A stretch of 62,635 bases of DNA, counting the filler. It is 3 parts of 3 records of this genome, joined end to end, with 100 filler letters (N's around TTAATTAATTAA, not from the genome) between each part and the next. Parts side by side here need not be neighbours in the genome. Positions count along the whole stretch, not along the records: positions 44,386 to 62,635 come from SRR31156797_1895; 2 more parts are not named here. One strand, written 5' to 3'. Of the stretch, positions 54,002 through 62,635 are shown one piece after another. Numbering within the stretch: position 1 is the stretch's first letter; every line of letters starts with the position of its first letter. A model generated the notes under the pieces. The model was not told the DNA's origin, searched no databases, and worked only from the letters and a program-made list of their open reading frames with translations. The position numbers were made by a program, and so were the translations under genes.

Positions 54002-55573
54002 ATGAGATATTTTATTTGCATTGTTATATTAGTTTTATTTCTTTCCTGTGAAGAAAAAATTAAAGATAAACGTCCGAATATTCTGTTTATCATGTCAGAT
54101 GATCATGCATATCAGGCTATTAGTGCATACAGTTCAGATCTTACGAAGACTCCAAATATTGATCGTATTGCATCCGAAGGAATTCGATTTACAAATGCAT
54201 GTGTAACCAATTCAATATGCGCTCCATCGAGAGCTGTTATTCTGACAGGGAAACACAGTCATTTAAATGGAAAAATTGATAATCAGGTCCCATTTGACAC
54301 GACACAGGTAACCTTTCCACAAATATTACAAAATGCAGGTTACCAAACTGCTATGTTCGGGAAGTTACATTTTGGAAACAATCCTAAAGGATTCAATCAG
54401 TTCAGAATTCTTGACGATCAGGGTAGTTATTATGCTCCAGATTTTTTCACAGCTCATGAAGGAAAAATTAATGTTACAGGTTATACTACCGATTTAATAA
54501 CTGATATGACCATTGATTGGCTTGAAAAAGATCGTGATGACACTAAGCCTTTTTTATTGATGTATTTGCATAAAGCACCCCATAGGGAATGGTTTCCAGC
54601 TCCAAGACACCAGGCTGAGTATACATCAAAGACATTTAAGGAACCTGAGACTTTATTTGATCAGTTTGATAATCGCGGAACTGCCGCTCGAACTGCAGAG
54701 ATGAATCTAGTAAAGCATATGAACTATGCAGGAGATTCCAAGATATATCCGGAAGTTATGGATGAATTGGGTATTCCTGAATACATGAAATGGGATAAAT
54801 CTGCCTTCCTAAAAGAGTACAATCGAATGACTGATGAGGAGAGAGAATCATGGGATAAACATTATGGTCCAATTAATGAGAGATTTAAGAAAGAGTATCC
54901 GAATATGGATGAAACTTCCTTAATGCATTGGAGATACCAGCGATATATGCAAGATTACCTAGGATGTATTGCTGCTGTTGATGAAGGAGTGGGACGTGTA
55001 TTGGATTATCTAGAGGAGAATAAATTAGGTGAAAATACAATTGTTGTTTATACATCCGATCAAGGATTTTACTTGGGAGAACACGGATGGTTTGATAAGC
55101 GTTTTGCTTATAATGAATCCTTTAAAACACCATTACTAATAAAATGGCCAAATGTGATAAAATCGGGAATCACAAATACGCAAATGGTGCAGAATTTGGA
55201 CTTTGCGCAAACTTTTCTTGAGGCTGCAGGAATTACACCGCCAGAAGATATGCAAGGAGAAAGTTTGTTGCCATTATTTAAGGGTCAATCAGAAGGGTTT
55301 AGGGATGCAGTTTATTATCATTACTATGAATATCCATCAATTCACATGGTGAAACGTCATTATGCTATTGTTACTGAGGGATATAAATTAATACATTTCT
55401 ATAATGATGTTGATGAATGGGAGCTATATGACAGGGAAAAAGATCCTAATGAAATTCATAATGTGTTTGATGATCCCGCTTATGAAGATGTTGTTAAGAA
55501 CATGAAAAAGAGATTAATTGAGATTCAAAAATATTATAAAGATTTTGAAGGTTTGAAATATTCTGAACAATAA
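54002..55573 (+). CDS. Formylglycine-dependent (S1) sulfatase lipoprotein, Cys type
   Basis: PNILFIMSDDH, CAPSR (CxPxR), GKLH and SDQG motifs; FLSC lipobox. Confidence 0.93.
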   Translation: MRYFICIVILVLFLSCEEKIKDKRPNILFIMSDDHAYQAISAYSSDLTKTPNIDRIASEGIRFTNACVTNSICAPSRAVILTGKHSHLNGKIDNQVPFDTTQVTFPQILQNAGYQTAMFGKLHFGNNPKGFNQFRILDDQGSYYAPDFFTAHEGKINVTGYTTDLITDMTIDWLEKDRDDTKPFLLMYLHKAPHREWFPAPRHQAEYTSKTFKEPETLFDQFDNRGTAARTAEMNLVKHMNYAGDSKIYPEVMDELGIPEYMKWDKSAFLKEYNRMTDEERESWDKHYGPINERFKKEYPNMDETSLMHWRYQRYMQDYLGCIAAVDEGVGRVLDYLEENKLGENTIVVYTSDQGFYLGEHGWFDKRFAYNESFKTPLLIKWPNVIKSGITNTQMVQNLDFAQTFLEAAGITPPEDMQGESLLPLFKGQSEGFRDAVYYHYYEYPSIHMVKRHYAIVTEGYKLIHFYNDVDEWELYDREKDPNEIHNVFDDPAYEDVVKNMKKRLIEIQKYYKDFEGLKYSEQ

Positions 55574-55600
55574 GTAATAGTAATTTGAAATAATATTACG

Positions 55601-55634
55601 AAAAGCCCTTAAGTTGTTGACTTAAGGGCTTTTT
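55601..55634 (+). terminator. Intrinsic terminator closing the hydrolase operon
   Basis: AAAAGCCCTTAAGT-TGTTG-ACTTAAGGGCTTTT. Confidence 0.88.
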
Positions 55635-55801
55635 ATGTCATGTAGAACTACTGTAAATCATAGTTCGGTAGTAATGAGTTGAAAATCAAATAGAAGATTT
55701 GGTTGGTGTCCGAATAAGTATCTTGATTCTTAGATGATGATTTAAACATCTATATTTTTATATGAAAGAATGGCAAATAGGTGAAACTTAAAGTTGTCAA
55801 T

Positions 55802-55831
55802 TTTGCAAATCTTCTATTTGTTGTATATTTG
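55802..55831 (+). promoter_or_regulatory. Bacteroidota-type housekeeping promoter
   Basis: TTTG (55802-55805) - N18 - TATATTTG (TAnnTTTG, 55824-55831). Confidence 0.6.
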
Positions 55832-55853
55832 AGCATCAAAAATCCCCCACTTG

Positions 55854-58811
55854 ATGACACTACAATTATTACAACCCAAGTACTATTTAACTTTATTACT
55901 ACTGTTTTTTTCTACTGTATTAACTGCACAGTACAACTTTACTCAAATTACTAAAGAGCACGGGTTACCACACAATAACATTGAGTGTATTCTGCAAACC
56001 GAAGCAGGTTTTATGTGGTTTGGAACCCGAGATGGTTTGTGTCGTTTCGATGGATACGAAATCAAAGTGTTTAGAAATACATCCGATCCCAAATCAATAT
56101 CAGGAAACAGAATTTTGTCGCTTGAAGAAGACGATAATGGTTTTATTTGGGTGGGAACCTATAAAAATGGATTAAATCGATTCGACCCAAGAACAAATGA
56201 ATTTATTAGATACGGAAAGGAAGATGCAATTGGTGAACAGGTTTATACTTTAGAAAAATTAAATGATGGTACAATTTGTATAGGCAGTAGCTACGGATTG
56301 GCCTTGTATAATGAGGCTGAGGATAATTTCAAAGTATTTGTACCCAATAATACTCGCGAAGGAATTAATTCTTATCTGATAAATGATATTCTCGAAACTA
56401 AAAATGGGGAATTGTATATTGCTACATGGGAAAATGATATTCAGAAGTTCGAGCTTGAAAAAGGTATTTTTACATCAATAGAATACATTCAAGGTGGCGA
56501 ATCAAGTAATTACCGAAAAAGATTATTGGAAGATCAGTTGGGGAATATCTGGATATCGGCAAGTCAACATGGATTGTATAAATACAATAGAAATACCAAA
56601 GAAACAATTCTATATACCGAAAAAAATAGTGGGCTGAGTACTGATATCCTAAATGGTGAAATGGTATTAAATTCTGATGGTAAAATATGGATTTCCACCG
56701 ATGGAGATGGCATAAATATTCTCAATCCTAATGACGATTCTTTTGAATACATTAAAGCAGGCACGGAAGAATCTGATCTTTCAAGCAATCAGGTTTACTC
56801 ATTAACAAAAGATAAAACAGGAAGAATATGGGTGGGAACATTTGATAAAGGTGTTGCTTATTACGATCCGTTTTTGAAGAAGTTTACCAATCAGAAACTC
56901 TCTAAAAATATTCAATCCTTTTTCGAAGGTAAATCTGTTTTATGCTTTTTACAGGATTCGAAAAAAAACATTTGGATAGGAACCGATGGTTCGGGTTTGC
57001 ATCATGTAGATCAAAACAATAAACTCACACATTTTTATAATGAGGGCAATAATGATAAGAGTATTTCAGGAAATGTTATTACAAGTCTAGAAGAGGATCA
57101 GTACGGTAACATACTAATAGGAACATATAATGCAGGTTTAAATATTTACGATTACAAAACCAACTCGTTCCGACATTATCATCAGAATCAGGAAAACAAC
57201 AAAACCATTCATTCCGAAAATGTATGGACAATACTTTCCGATAGCAAAGGGACCAATTGGTTAGGCTTGCTGGGTGGAGGTGTTGATATTTTTAATACCA
57301 CAACTGAGAATTTTAAGAATATTGGTCCTGGTTCAAATGAACTGATTAAAATTGGACATGCAAATGTAATGTCCATTTTGGAAGATTCGGACGGTGACAT
57401 TTGGTTTGGTACCGAAGGATTAGGAGTATTTGTTTACGATAGGCAAGTGGCAAGAGTGCTTCGCATTTCTTCGAATAGTGCATTCACTACAAAAGGAGTA
57501 ATTAAGGCCTTGTTTCAGGATAGATGGGGAAAGGTTTGGATAGGAACTGAAGGCAATGGCTTGTACCAATACGATAAAAAGGAAAAGGAATTTAAACAAT
57601 TCACTACAGAAAATGGTTTGCCTGGCATGATTGTGCTTGGTATTTTGGAAGACAATCAAGAAGGTATTTGGGTAACTACTTACGATGGAATAGCTCATTT
57701 AAAAAAAGATGAAGAAGAGTTTTTGTCCTTTAACAGTTCCGATGGTTTATCGTCAAATGAATTTAATGCACAGGCTTTTATTCAATTAGACGATGGATCG
57801 TTTTTAGCTGGTTCAACAAACGGTCTGGATCGTTTTAATCCATTAAACCTTACTTTTAATAAAGAAGTTCCACCTGTTTACTTTACTCAGCTTAAAATTT
57901 TGAATCAAGAAGTTTTGCCTGGCGATACCATTAATAGAAGAGTAAAACTTAATAAGGACATTTCTTATACCGATGAAATTGAACTGAATTATTCAGATAA
58001 GGTATTTTCATTGGAATTTGCAGCCTTAAATTATACACATCCACAAAAGTGTCAGTATCAATACAAATTGGAAGGATTTGATGACAATTGGTATTTTGCC
58101 GATTCTGATCAGCGTTTTGTATCCTATACAAACCTTAAGAATGGAACATACACTTTAAAAGTGAAAGCTTCGAATAATGATAATGTATTTGGTGATAATG
58201 TTAAAGGGCTTAAAATAAAGGTGCTGCCTCCTTACTGGAAAACCTGGTGGTTTATAAGTTGTATTATTTTGCTAATTGCCAGCCTTACCTATGCAGTGTA
58301 TGCTTATAGAATGAGACTGTTGAGAAGTAAATTCTTAGGTGAGCAGGCATTAAATCAAAAGAAAATTGCCGAATTAGAGAAAGACAAGGCGGAATCGGAA
58401 CTTCAAAAGTTAACCTTCCACACAATCAACCGTAATAGAGTTTTGCTTGAGTACAAAACCAAAATACTTACCCTTGCCATCAAAGCAATGCCCGCAGTTA
58501 AAAAGGGTTTACAATTTGTAATCGATGAAATTGACAAGGAAATAAACGACGACAAAGAATGGAAGTTTCTGGAACCTCGTTTAGATAAAATGTACAATGA
58601 GTTTATTACAAAGCTGCGTGAAAAACATCCTTCACTTAGCCTTTCAGAAGTTAAAGTAGCTTCTTACGTACGTATGAATCTTACCTCAAAAGAAATTGCC
58701 GAGTTCATGCACAAAACTACACGTGCGATTGAGAATGACAGATACCGATTAAGAAAGAAATTGGAGCTTGATTCTAATGTTTCTCTGCAGAAATATTTAA
58801 TGGATTTGTAA
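55854..58811 (+). CDS. Membrane-anchored regulator: beta-propeller sensor + Y_Y_Y + TM + LuxR-type HTH, no kinase
   Basis: Repeated WxGT propeller motifs, YQYKLEGFD, PPYWKTWWF, SKEIAE...RYRLRKKL; no HisKA, HATPase or REC segment. Confidence 0.9.
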   Translation: MTLQLLQPKYYLTLLLLFFSTVLTAQYNFTQITKEHGLPHNNIECILQTEAGFMWFGTRDGLCRFDGYEIKVFRNTSDPKSISGNRILSLEEDDNGFIWVGTYKNGLNRFDPRTNEFIRYGKEDAIGEQVYTLEKLNDGTICIGSSYGLALYNEAEDNFKVFVPNNTREGINSYLINDILETKNGELYIATWENDIQKFELEKGIFTSIEYIQGGESSNYRKRLLEDQLGNIWISASQHGLYKYNRNTKETILYTEKNSGLSTDILNGEMVLNSDGKIWISTDGDGINILNPNDDSFEYIKAGTEESDLSSNQVYSLTKDKTGRIWVGTFDKGVAYYDPFLKKFTNQKLSKNIQSFFEGKSVLCFLQDSKKNIWIGTDGSGLHHVDQNNKLTHFYNEGNNDKSISGNVITSLEEDQYGNILIGTYNAGLNIYDYKTNSFRHYHQNQENNKTIHSENVWTILSDSKGTNWLGLLGGGVDIFNTTTENFKNIGPGSNELIKIGHANVMSILEDSDGDIWFGTEGLGVFVYDRQVARVLRISSNSAFTTKGVIKALFQDRWGKVWIGTEGNGLYQYDKKEKEFKQFTTENGLPGMIVLGILEDNQEGIWVTTYDGIAHLKKDEEEFLSFNSSDGLSSNEFNAQAFIQLDDGSFLAGSTNGLDRFNPLNLTFNKEVPPVYFTQLKILNQEVLPGDTINRRVKLNKDISYTDEIELNYSDKVFSLEFAALNYTHPQKCQYQYKLEGFDDNWYFADSDQRFVSYTNLKNGTYTLKVKASNNDNVFGDNVKGLKIKVLPPYWKTWWFISCIILLIASLTYAVYAYRMRLLRSKFLGEQALNQKKIAELEKDKAESELQKLTFHTINRNRVLLEYKTKILTLAIKAMPAVKKGLQFVIDEIDKEINDDKEWKFLEPRLDKMYNEFITKLREKHPSLSLSEVKVASYVRMNLTSKEIAEFMHKTTRAIENDRYRLRKKLELDSNVSLQKYLMDL

Positions 58812-58880
58812 AAAAGGGGCACTAATATTAGCTCTTTTCTTTCATTTAATACAAAAATAATCAATTGTGTAAAGGTCTCA

Positions 58881-58951
58881 TACTCAATTTTGAGTAGTGG
58901 TTTGAGTGGTTTTGAGTAGTGGCTGGAATCGATTGAGGAGTATTTGAGTGG
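58881..58951 (+). promoter_or_regulatory. Phased direct-repeat array (putative operator)
   Basis: TTGAG(T/G)(A/G)G at 58890, 58902, 58912, 58933 and 58944; palindrome TACTCAA-TT-TTGAGTA at 58881-58896. Confidence 0.6.
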
Positions 58952-58983
58952 ATACCATCTCATGTTTGGGGAAAGAGCGCACA

Positions 58984-58991
58984 TATATTTG
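58984..58991 (+). promoter_or_regulatory. Bacteroidota -7 promoter element
   Basis: TATATTTG (TAnnTTTG) about 25 bp before the GH5 ATG. Confidence 0.55.
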
Positions 58992-59016
58992 CGTCAAACC
59001 TAAATTATAATTAAAC

Positions 59017-61737
59017 ATGTCCACATCAATTTTCAAACAAGTGTTCACCACTACACTTTTTATGACTTTGCTTTTTTTATCCCCTGCAATTACAGTAAAC
59101 GCACAAGGATATCTTCATGTCGATGGAAAAAGCATAGTAGATGGCAAGGGAGAGAACTTTATTATTAAAAGTATCGGTACAGGTAACTGGATGTTGCAGG
59201 AAGGTTATATGATGCAAAGTGCTGATGTAGCCGGTACTCAACATGAATTCAGAAAGAAATTAGAGGAAACCATAGGAGAAACCAGAACTGAAGAGTTTTA
59301 TGAGGCTTGGTTAGCAAATCACTTCAGAAAAATTGATGTTGATTCAATGGCTGCATGGGGCTTTAATTCAGTTAGAGTCGCCATGCATTACAAGTGGTTC
59401 ACTCCTCCGATTGAAGAAGAGCCGGTACAAGGTGAAATCACCTGGAAAGATAAAGGGTTTACAATGATTGATGATCTTCTGTCGTGGTGTGAAGCAAACC
59501 AAATGTACCTGATTTTGGATTTGCATGGAGCCCCGGGAGGACAAGGCGCCAATGCGGATATTTCTGACTATGATAATACAAAACCATCACTTTGGGAAAG
59601 TGATTTAAATAAAGATAAAACTGTAGCACTTTGGCGAAAACTTGCCGAACGATATGCAGATTCTCCATGGATAGGTGGCTACGATTTAATTAATGAGATT
59701 AACTGGACTTTTCCTGAAGGTAACAACTCACAAATAAGAGAATTGTACGGAAGAATTACCGATACAATTAGAACCGTAGATTCCAATCACATCATCTTTA
59801 TTGAAGGAAATTCATGGGCAAATGATTTTTCTGGTCTAACACCAGCATGGGATGATAATATGGTATATAGCTTCCATAAATATTGGACTTACAATGATGC
59901 AAATGCCCTAAAATGGATTACGGATTTTAGAGAGGAACACAATCGTCCGATCTGGTTAGGAGAGACAGGTGAAAATTCGAATACTTGGTTTGCGAATTTA
60001 GCTGCTCTGTCGGAAGACAATAATGTCGGCTGGTCGTGGTGGCCAGTAAAAAAATCTGGTATCAACAATGTTCTTAAGGTTACAACCAACGAGGATTATA
60101 CCAGATTGATTGAAATGTGGAAAGGCAATGGAAGCATGACAGCTGATGAGGCTTACAATGCAGTAATGACCTTTTCAGATAATCATAAATATGAGAATTG
60201 TAAAATTCAGAGAGATGTGATTGATGCTTTAATACGCCAGCCACATACCACAGAAACACTTCCTTTTAAAGAGCATTCAACTGGAGAAAAGATTTTTGCC
60301 GTTGATTACGATTTAGGAAGAAACAATTACGCCTATTTCGATATTGACACAGCTAATTACCACCTGAATACGAATGAATTCAAAGCTTGGAATATTGGAT
60401 GGGAATACCGAAATGATGGTGTTGATATTGAAAAATGTAGTGATACCAAGGTTAATAATGGATACAATGTTGGTTGGGTAGAAAAAGGAGAGTGGTTGCA
60501 GTATACGATTCAATCTCAATCTCACGCTACCTATAAACTTGAATTGCGCACAGCAAGCGAAAGTAATGCAAACATGCACATTGAAGTGAATGGAAAACGA
60601 GTATCCGATGTATTTGAAGTGCCATCTACAGGAGGATGGAAAGCGTTTCAAACGATAACTATTGAGAATATCATTTTGCCTGAAGAGGAAATAAAAGTGA
60701 GATTGGTTTTTGATGGTGGTACGCTAAATGTAAATTACTTCTCTTTTATTGAGACTGGCAGTGTGTCTGATGTACCATTTGAGCTTCTTAAAGCTGGATC
60801 TGCAACAATTGATAATGAAATTTATATTGACTTTAATAAGCCAATTACATCTCAGGAAAATGATATCAACCTTAATGAATTTGAGTTAAAAGTTGATGGT
60901 ACTACTATTGATATTTCTGATTTGTACCTTAACGATACGAACAACCAACAAATTATTTTAACTACTGCTGACAATTTGTTTTATAACAACACTATAACAC
61001 TTTCTTATAATGGGAACACTGTAAAATCGGACGCACAAGAGCTGGAGAGTTTTTCTAATGTAAGTGTTAAAAATAACTTTTACCAGCACCATGAAATCCC
61101 TGGAAAAATACAAGCAGAGAATTTTATAATTAACAAAGGATTCGAACTGGAAAACTGCACGGATACTGGAGGAGGTAAAAATACTGCTTATGCTTCCGAT
61201 GGAGATTATTTGGAATACTTGCTATTTGTTCCCGAAGCTGGAACTTTTAATATGGACTTTAGAGTTGCTACTGCTAAAAGTGCTAATATTCAGGTGATGA
61301 CTTCCGAAGATGGAGAAATGGTGGAAAGTGAAAGTATCTATTTCGGAAGCACAAATGGTTGGCAATCTTGGCTAACAAAATCTATAAGTATTGACTTGCC
61401 TCAAGGCAAAACCATTTTGAGACTTGTATCTAAATCTGGCGAGCACAATCTAAACTGGATATCTTTCGATGTGCCAACCGGAATCGCGGATGAAATTCTG
61501 AACATGAAGATGAGAGTTTATCCGAACCCGACTTCCGACTTTCTAAAAATTGACTTCGAAGATTTTTCACAAAAAGAAATAAAGCTGTTTAATATGGGTG
61601 GGACACAATTGGTATCAGAATCAGTTTTCACTCAAAGTACAGCTATAGATGTTAAGCCATTTCCATCTGGTACCTACTTGCTAAATATCAGAAGCGATGA
61701 ATCAAGTGAAACCATAAAGGTGATGATTGTAAGATAG
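59017..61737 (+). CDS. GH5 endo-beta-glucanase (GH5_46-like) with two CBM6-like modules and a T9SS C-terminal domain
   Basis: GNWMLQEGYM, LDLHGAPGGQ, LINE (acid/base), WLGETG (nucleophile); TGGW and TNGW CBM6-like motifs; VYPNP tail. Confidence 0.9.
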   Translation: MSTSIFKQVFTTTLFMTLLFLSPAITVNAQGYLHVDGKSIVDGKGENFIIKSIGTGNWMLQEGYMMQSADVAGTQHEFRKKLEETIGETRTEEFYEAWLANHFRKIDVDSMAAWGFNSVRVAMHYKWFTPPIEEEPVQGEITWKDKGFTMIDDLLSWCEANQMYLILDLHGAPGGQGANADISDYDNTKPSLWESDLNKDKTVALWRKLAERYADSPWIGGYDLINEINWTFPEGNNSQIRELYGRITDTIRTVDSNHIIFIEGNSWANDFSGLTPAWDDNMVYSFHKYWTYNDANALKWITDFREEHNRPIWLGETGENSNTWFANLAALSEDNNVGWSWWPVKKSGINNVLKVTTNEDYTRLIEMWKGNGSMTADEAYNAVMTFSDNHKYENCKIQRDVIDALIRQPHTTETLPFKEHSTGEKIFAVDYDLGRNNYAYFDIDTANYHLNTNEFKAWNIGWEYRNDGVDIEKCSDTKVNNGYNVGWVEKGEWLQYTIQSQSHATYKLELRTASESNANMHIEVNGKRVSDVFEVPSTGGWKAFQTITIENIILPEEEIKVRLVFDGGTLNVNYFSFIETGSVSDVPFELLKAGSATIDNEIYIDFNKPITSQENDINLNEFELKVDGTTIDISDLYLNDTNNQQIILTTADNLFYNNTITLSYNGNTVKSDAQELESFSNVSVKNNFYQHHEIPGKIQAENFIINKGFELENCTDTGGGKNTAYASDGDYLEYLLFVPEAGTFNMDFRVATAKSANIQVMTSEDGEMVESESIYFGSTNGWQSWLTKSISIDLPQGKTILRLVSKSGEHNLNWISFDVPTGIADEILNMKMRVYPNPTSDFLKIDFEDFSQKEIKLFNMGGTQLVSESVFTQSTAIDVKPFPSGTYLLNIRSDESSETIKVMIVR

Positions 61738-61763
61738 CCCCAAACCATTTAAATAAAGCATTT

Positions 61764-62231
61764 ATGAAACTTAAGAATACAATTTTATTCCTAGTGGGAT
61801 TGCTATACCTAACCGCTTGTGGAGGTGGAAGCAGCGATGGTGAAAAAGTAGATGATGTTGACAAGCAAAAACCAACAGTAAGTATTGTTGCACCTGCTTT
61901 ACATTCATCTTTTAATGCAGGAAGTGATCTTACAATTGAGATAAATGCCTCTGATGATATTGAGCTGAATAATTATGTGATAACAATTCAAATGTCTGGG
62001 ACTAAATCTGTCAAAACTGTCGAAGAATTCAGTTTTAATAGTCAATCGGATACTGATAAAAACGGAAATGAATTGCCTGCGATTAAGGGAGAGAAATCTA
62101 CAAAACTAAACTTCGAGATTTCGATTAATGAATTTGCTGAAGCTGGTGTTTACACATTAACATGCAAGGTTTTCGATGCTGCAGGAAATAAAGAAGAAAA
62201 GGAAACCGAATTTACAATAGAGAGAATCTAA
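61764..62231 (+). CDS. Ig-like lipoprotein (DUF4625-like)
   Basis: Lipobox LTAC; DKQKPTV...SDDIEL...DAAGN. Confidence 0.7.
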   Translation: MKLKNTILFLVGLLYLTACGGGSSDGEKVDDVDKQKPTVSIVAPALHSSFNAGSDLTIEINASDDIELNNYVITIQMSGTKSVKTVEEFSFNSQSDTDKNGNELPAIKGEKSTKLNFEISINEFAEAGVYTLTCKVFDAAGNKEEKETEFTIERI

Positions 62232-62287
62232 CACTGGGTTTGTAACTCAAATACAAATCATATTCTATAAATCTTAACTAATAATCT

Positions 62288-62635
62288 ATGAAAAAAACAG
62301 TCTTGTTTTTAATTCTGGCGATGTTTTGTCTGCAAACATTTGCACAGAAACATTCCGTGAATGGTATTGTGCGATCTTCGGATGATGGCGTGGCATTACC
62401 TTTTGCATCGGTAGTGATAAAAGGCACTACTATTGGTACTTCTACAGATTTTGATGGGAAATTTACCATTGAAGCATCTAATGAGGATGTGTTGATATTT
62501 TCCCTTATTGGTTTTTCTACTCAGGAAGTTTTAGTGGGTAATAAAACTGAAATTAATGTAATTCTTGAAACTGAAACCACAGGTTTAGACGAAGTTGTGG
62601 TTGTAGGTTATGGTGTTCAGAAAAAAAGTGTGGTA
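62288..62635 (+). CDS. susC: SusC/RagA TonB-dependent receptor, N-terminal part (cut by the window end; not in the ORF track)
   Basis: Manual translation MKKTVLFLILAM...VVIKGTTIGTSTDFDGKF...LDEVVVVGYGVQKK. Confidence 0.92.
   Translation, partial: MKKTVLFLILAMFCLQTFAQKHSVNGIVRSSDDGVALPFASVVIKGTTIGTSTDFDGKFTIEASNEDVLIFSLIGFSTQEVLVGNKTEINVILETETTGLDEVVVVGYGVQKKSVV

Noticed and set aside
58881-58951. TTGAG repeats as a CRISPR array or microsatellite
   Set aside because: Units are 8 bp with 2-13 bp gaps; no 25-40 bp repeats, no spacers and no cas genes.

Overview
This window is not one locus. It holds three unrelated contigs joined by two identical 100-nt artificial spacers (44 N + TTAATTAATTAA + 44 N, at 22184-22283 and 44286-44385). 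(1) 1-22183 is a Vibrio-type core chromosome region: djlA, lptD-surA-pdxA-rsmA-apaG-apaH, folA, a ThrE exporter pair, obgE-rpmA-rplU, ispB, an amino-acid antiporter, mdh, argR, TAXI-TRAP-Usp and a protein resembling only the N-terminal part of a GH2. (2) 22284-44285 is Desulfovibrionaceae-like: NUDIX-glgA-glgB, pdxA, two chemoreceptors, a GGDEF protein, ettA, a DksA/TraR-CPA2-lipoprotein-zupT-flavoredoxin run and a partial SNF2 gene. (3) 44386-62635 is a Bacteroidota polysaccharide utilization region: LamG, two GH144, an esterase, GH43-CBM32, GH2-malectin, a sulfatase, a kinase-less beta-propeller/LuxR regulator, GH5-CBM6, a DUF4625-like lipoprotein and a partial SusC. The most interesting unexplained signals are: (a) two end-paired, GGA-rich intergenic elements in contig 2 (about 29830-30146 and 43304-43401) that share a 3' motif and may be an undescribed sRNA family or a MITE family; (b) a helically phased TTGAG(T/G)(A/G)G array downstream of the kinase-less regulator; (c) a beta-1,2-glucan PUL carrying an esterase and a sulfatase-family enzyme that might strip substituents from bacterial periplasmic glucans. 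Taxonomic and family calls come from recognised motifs and gene order only; no searches or folding programs were run.
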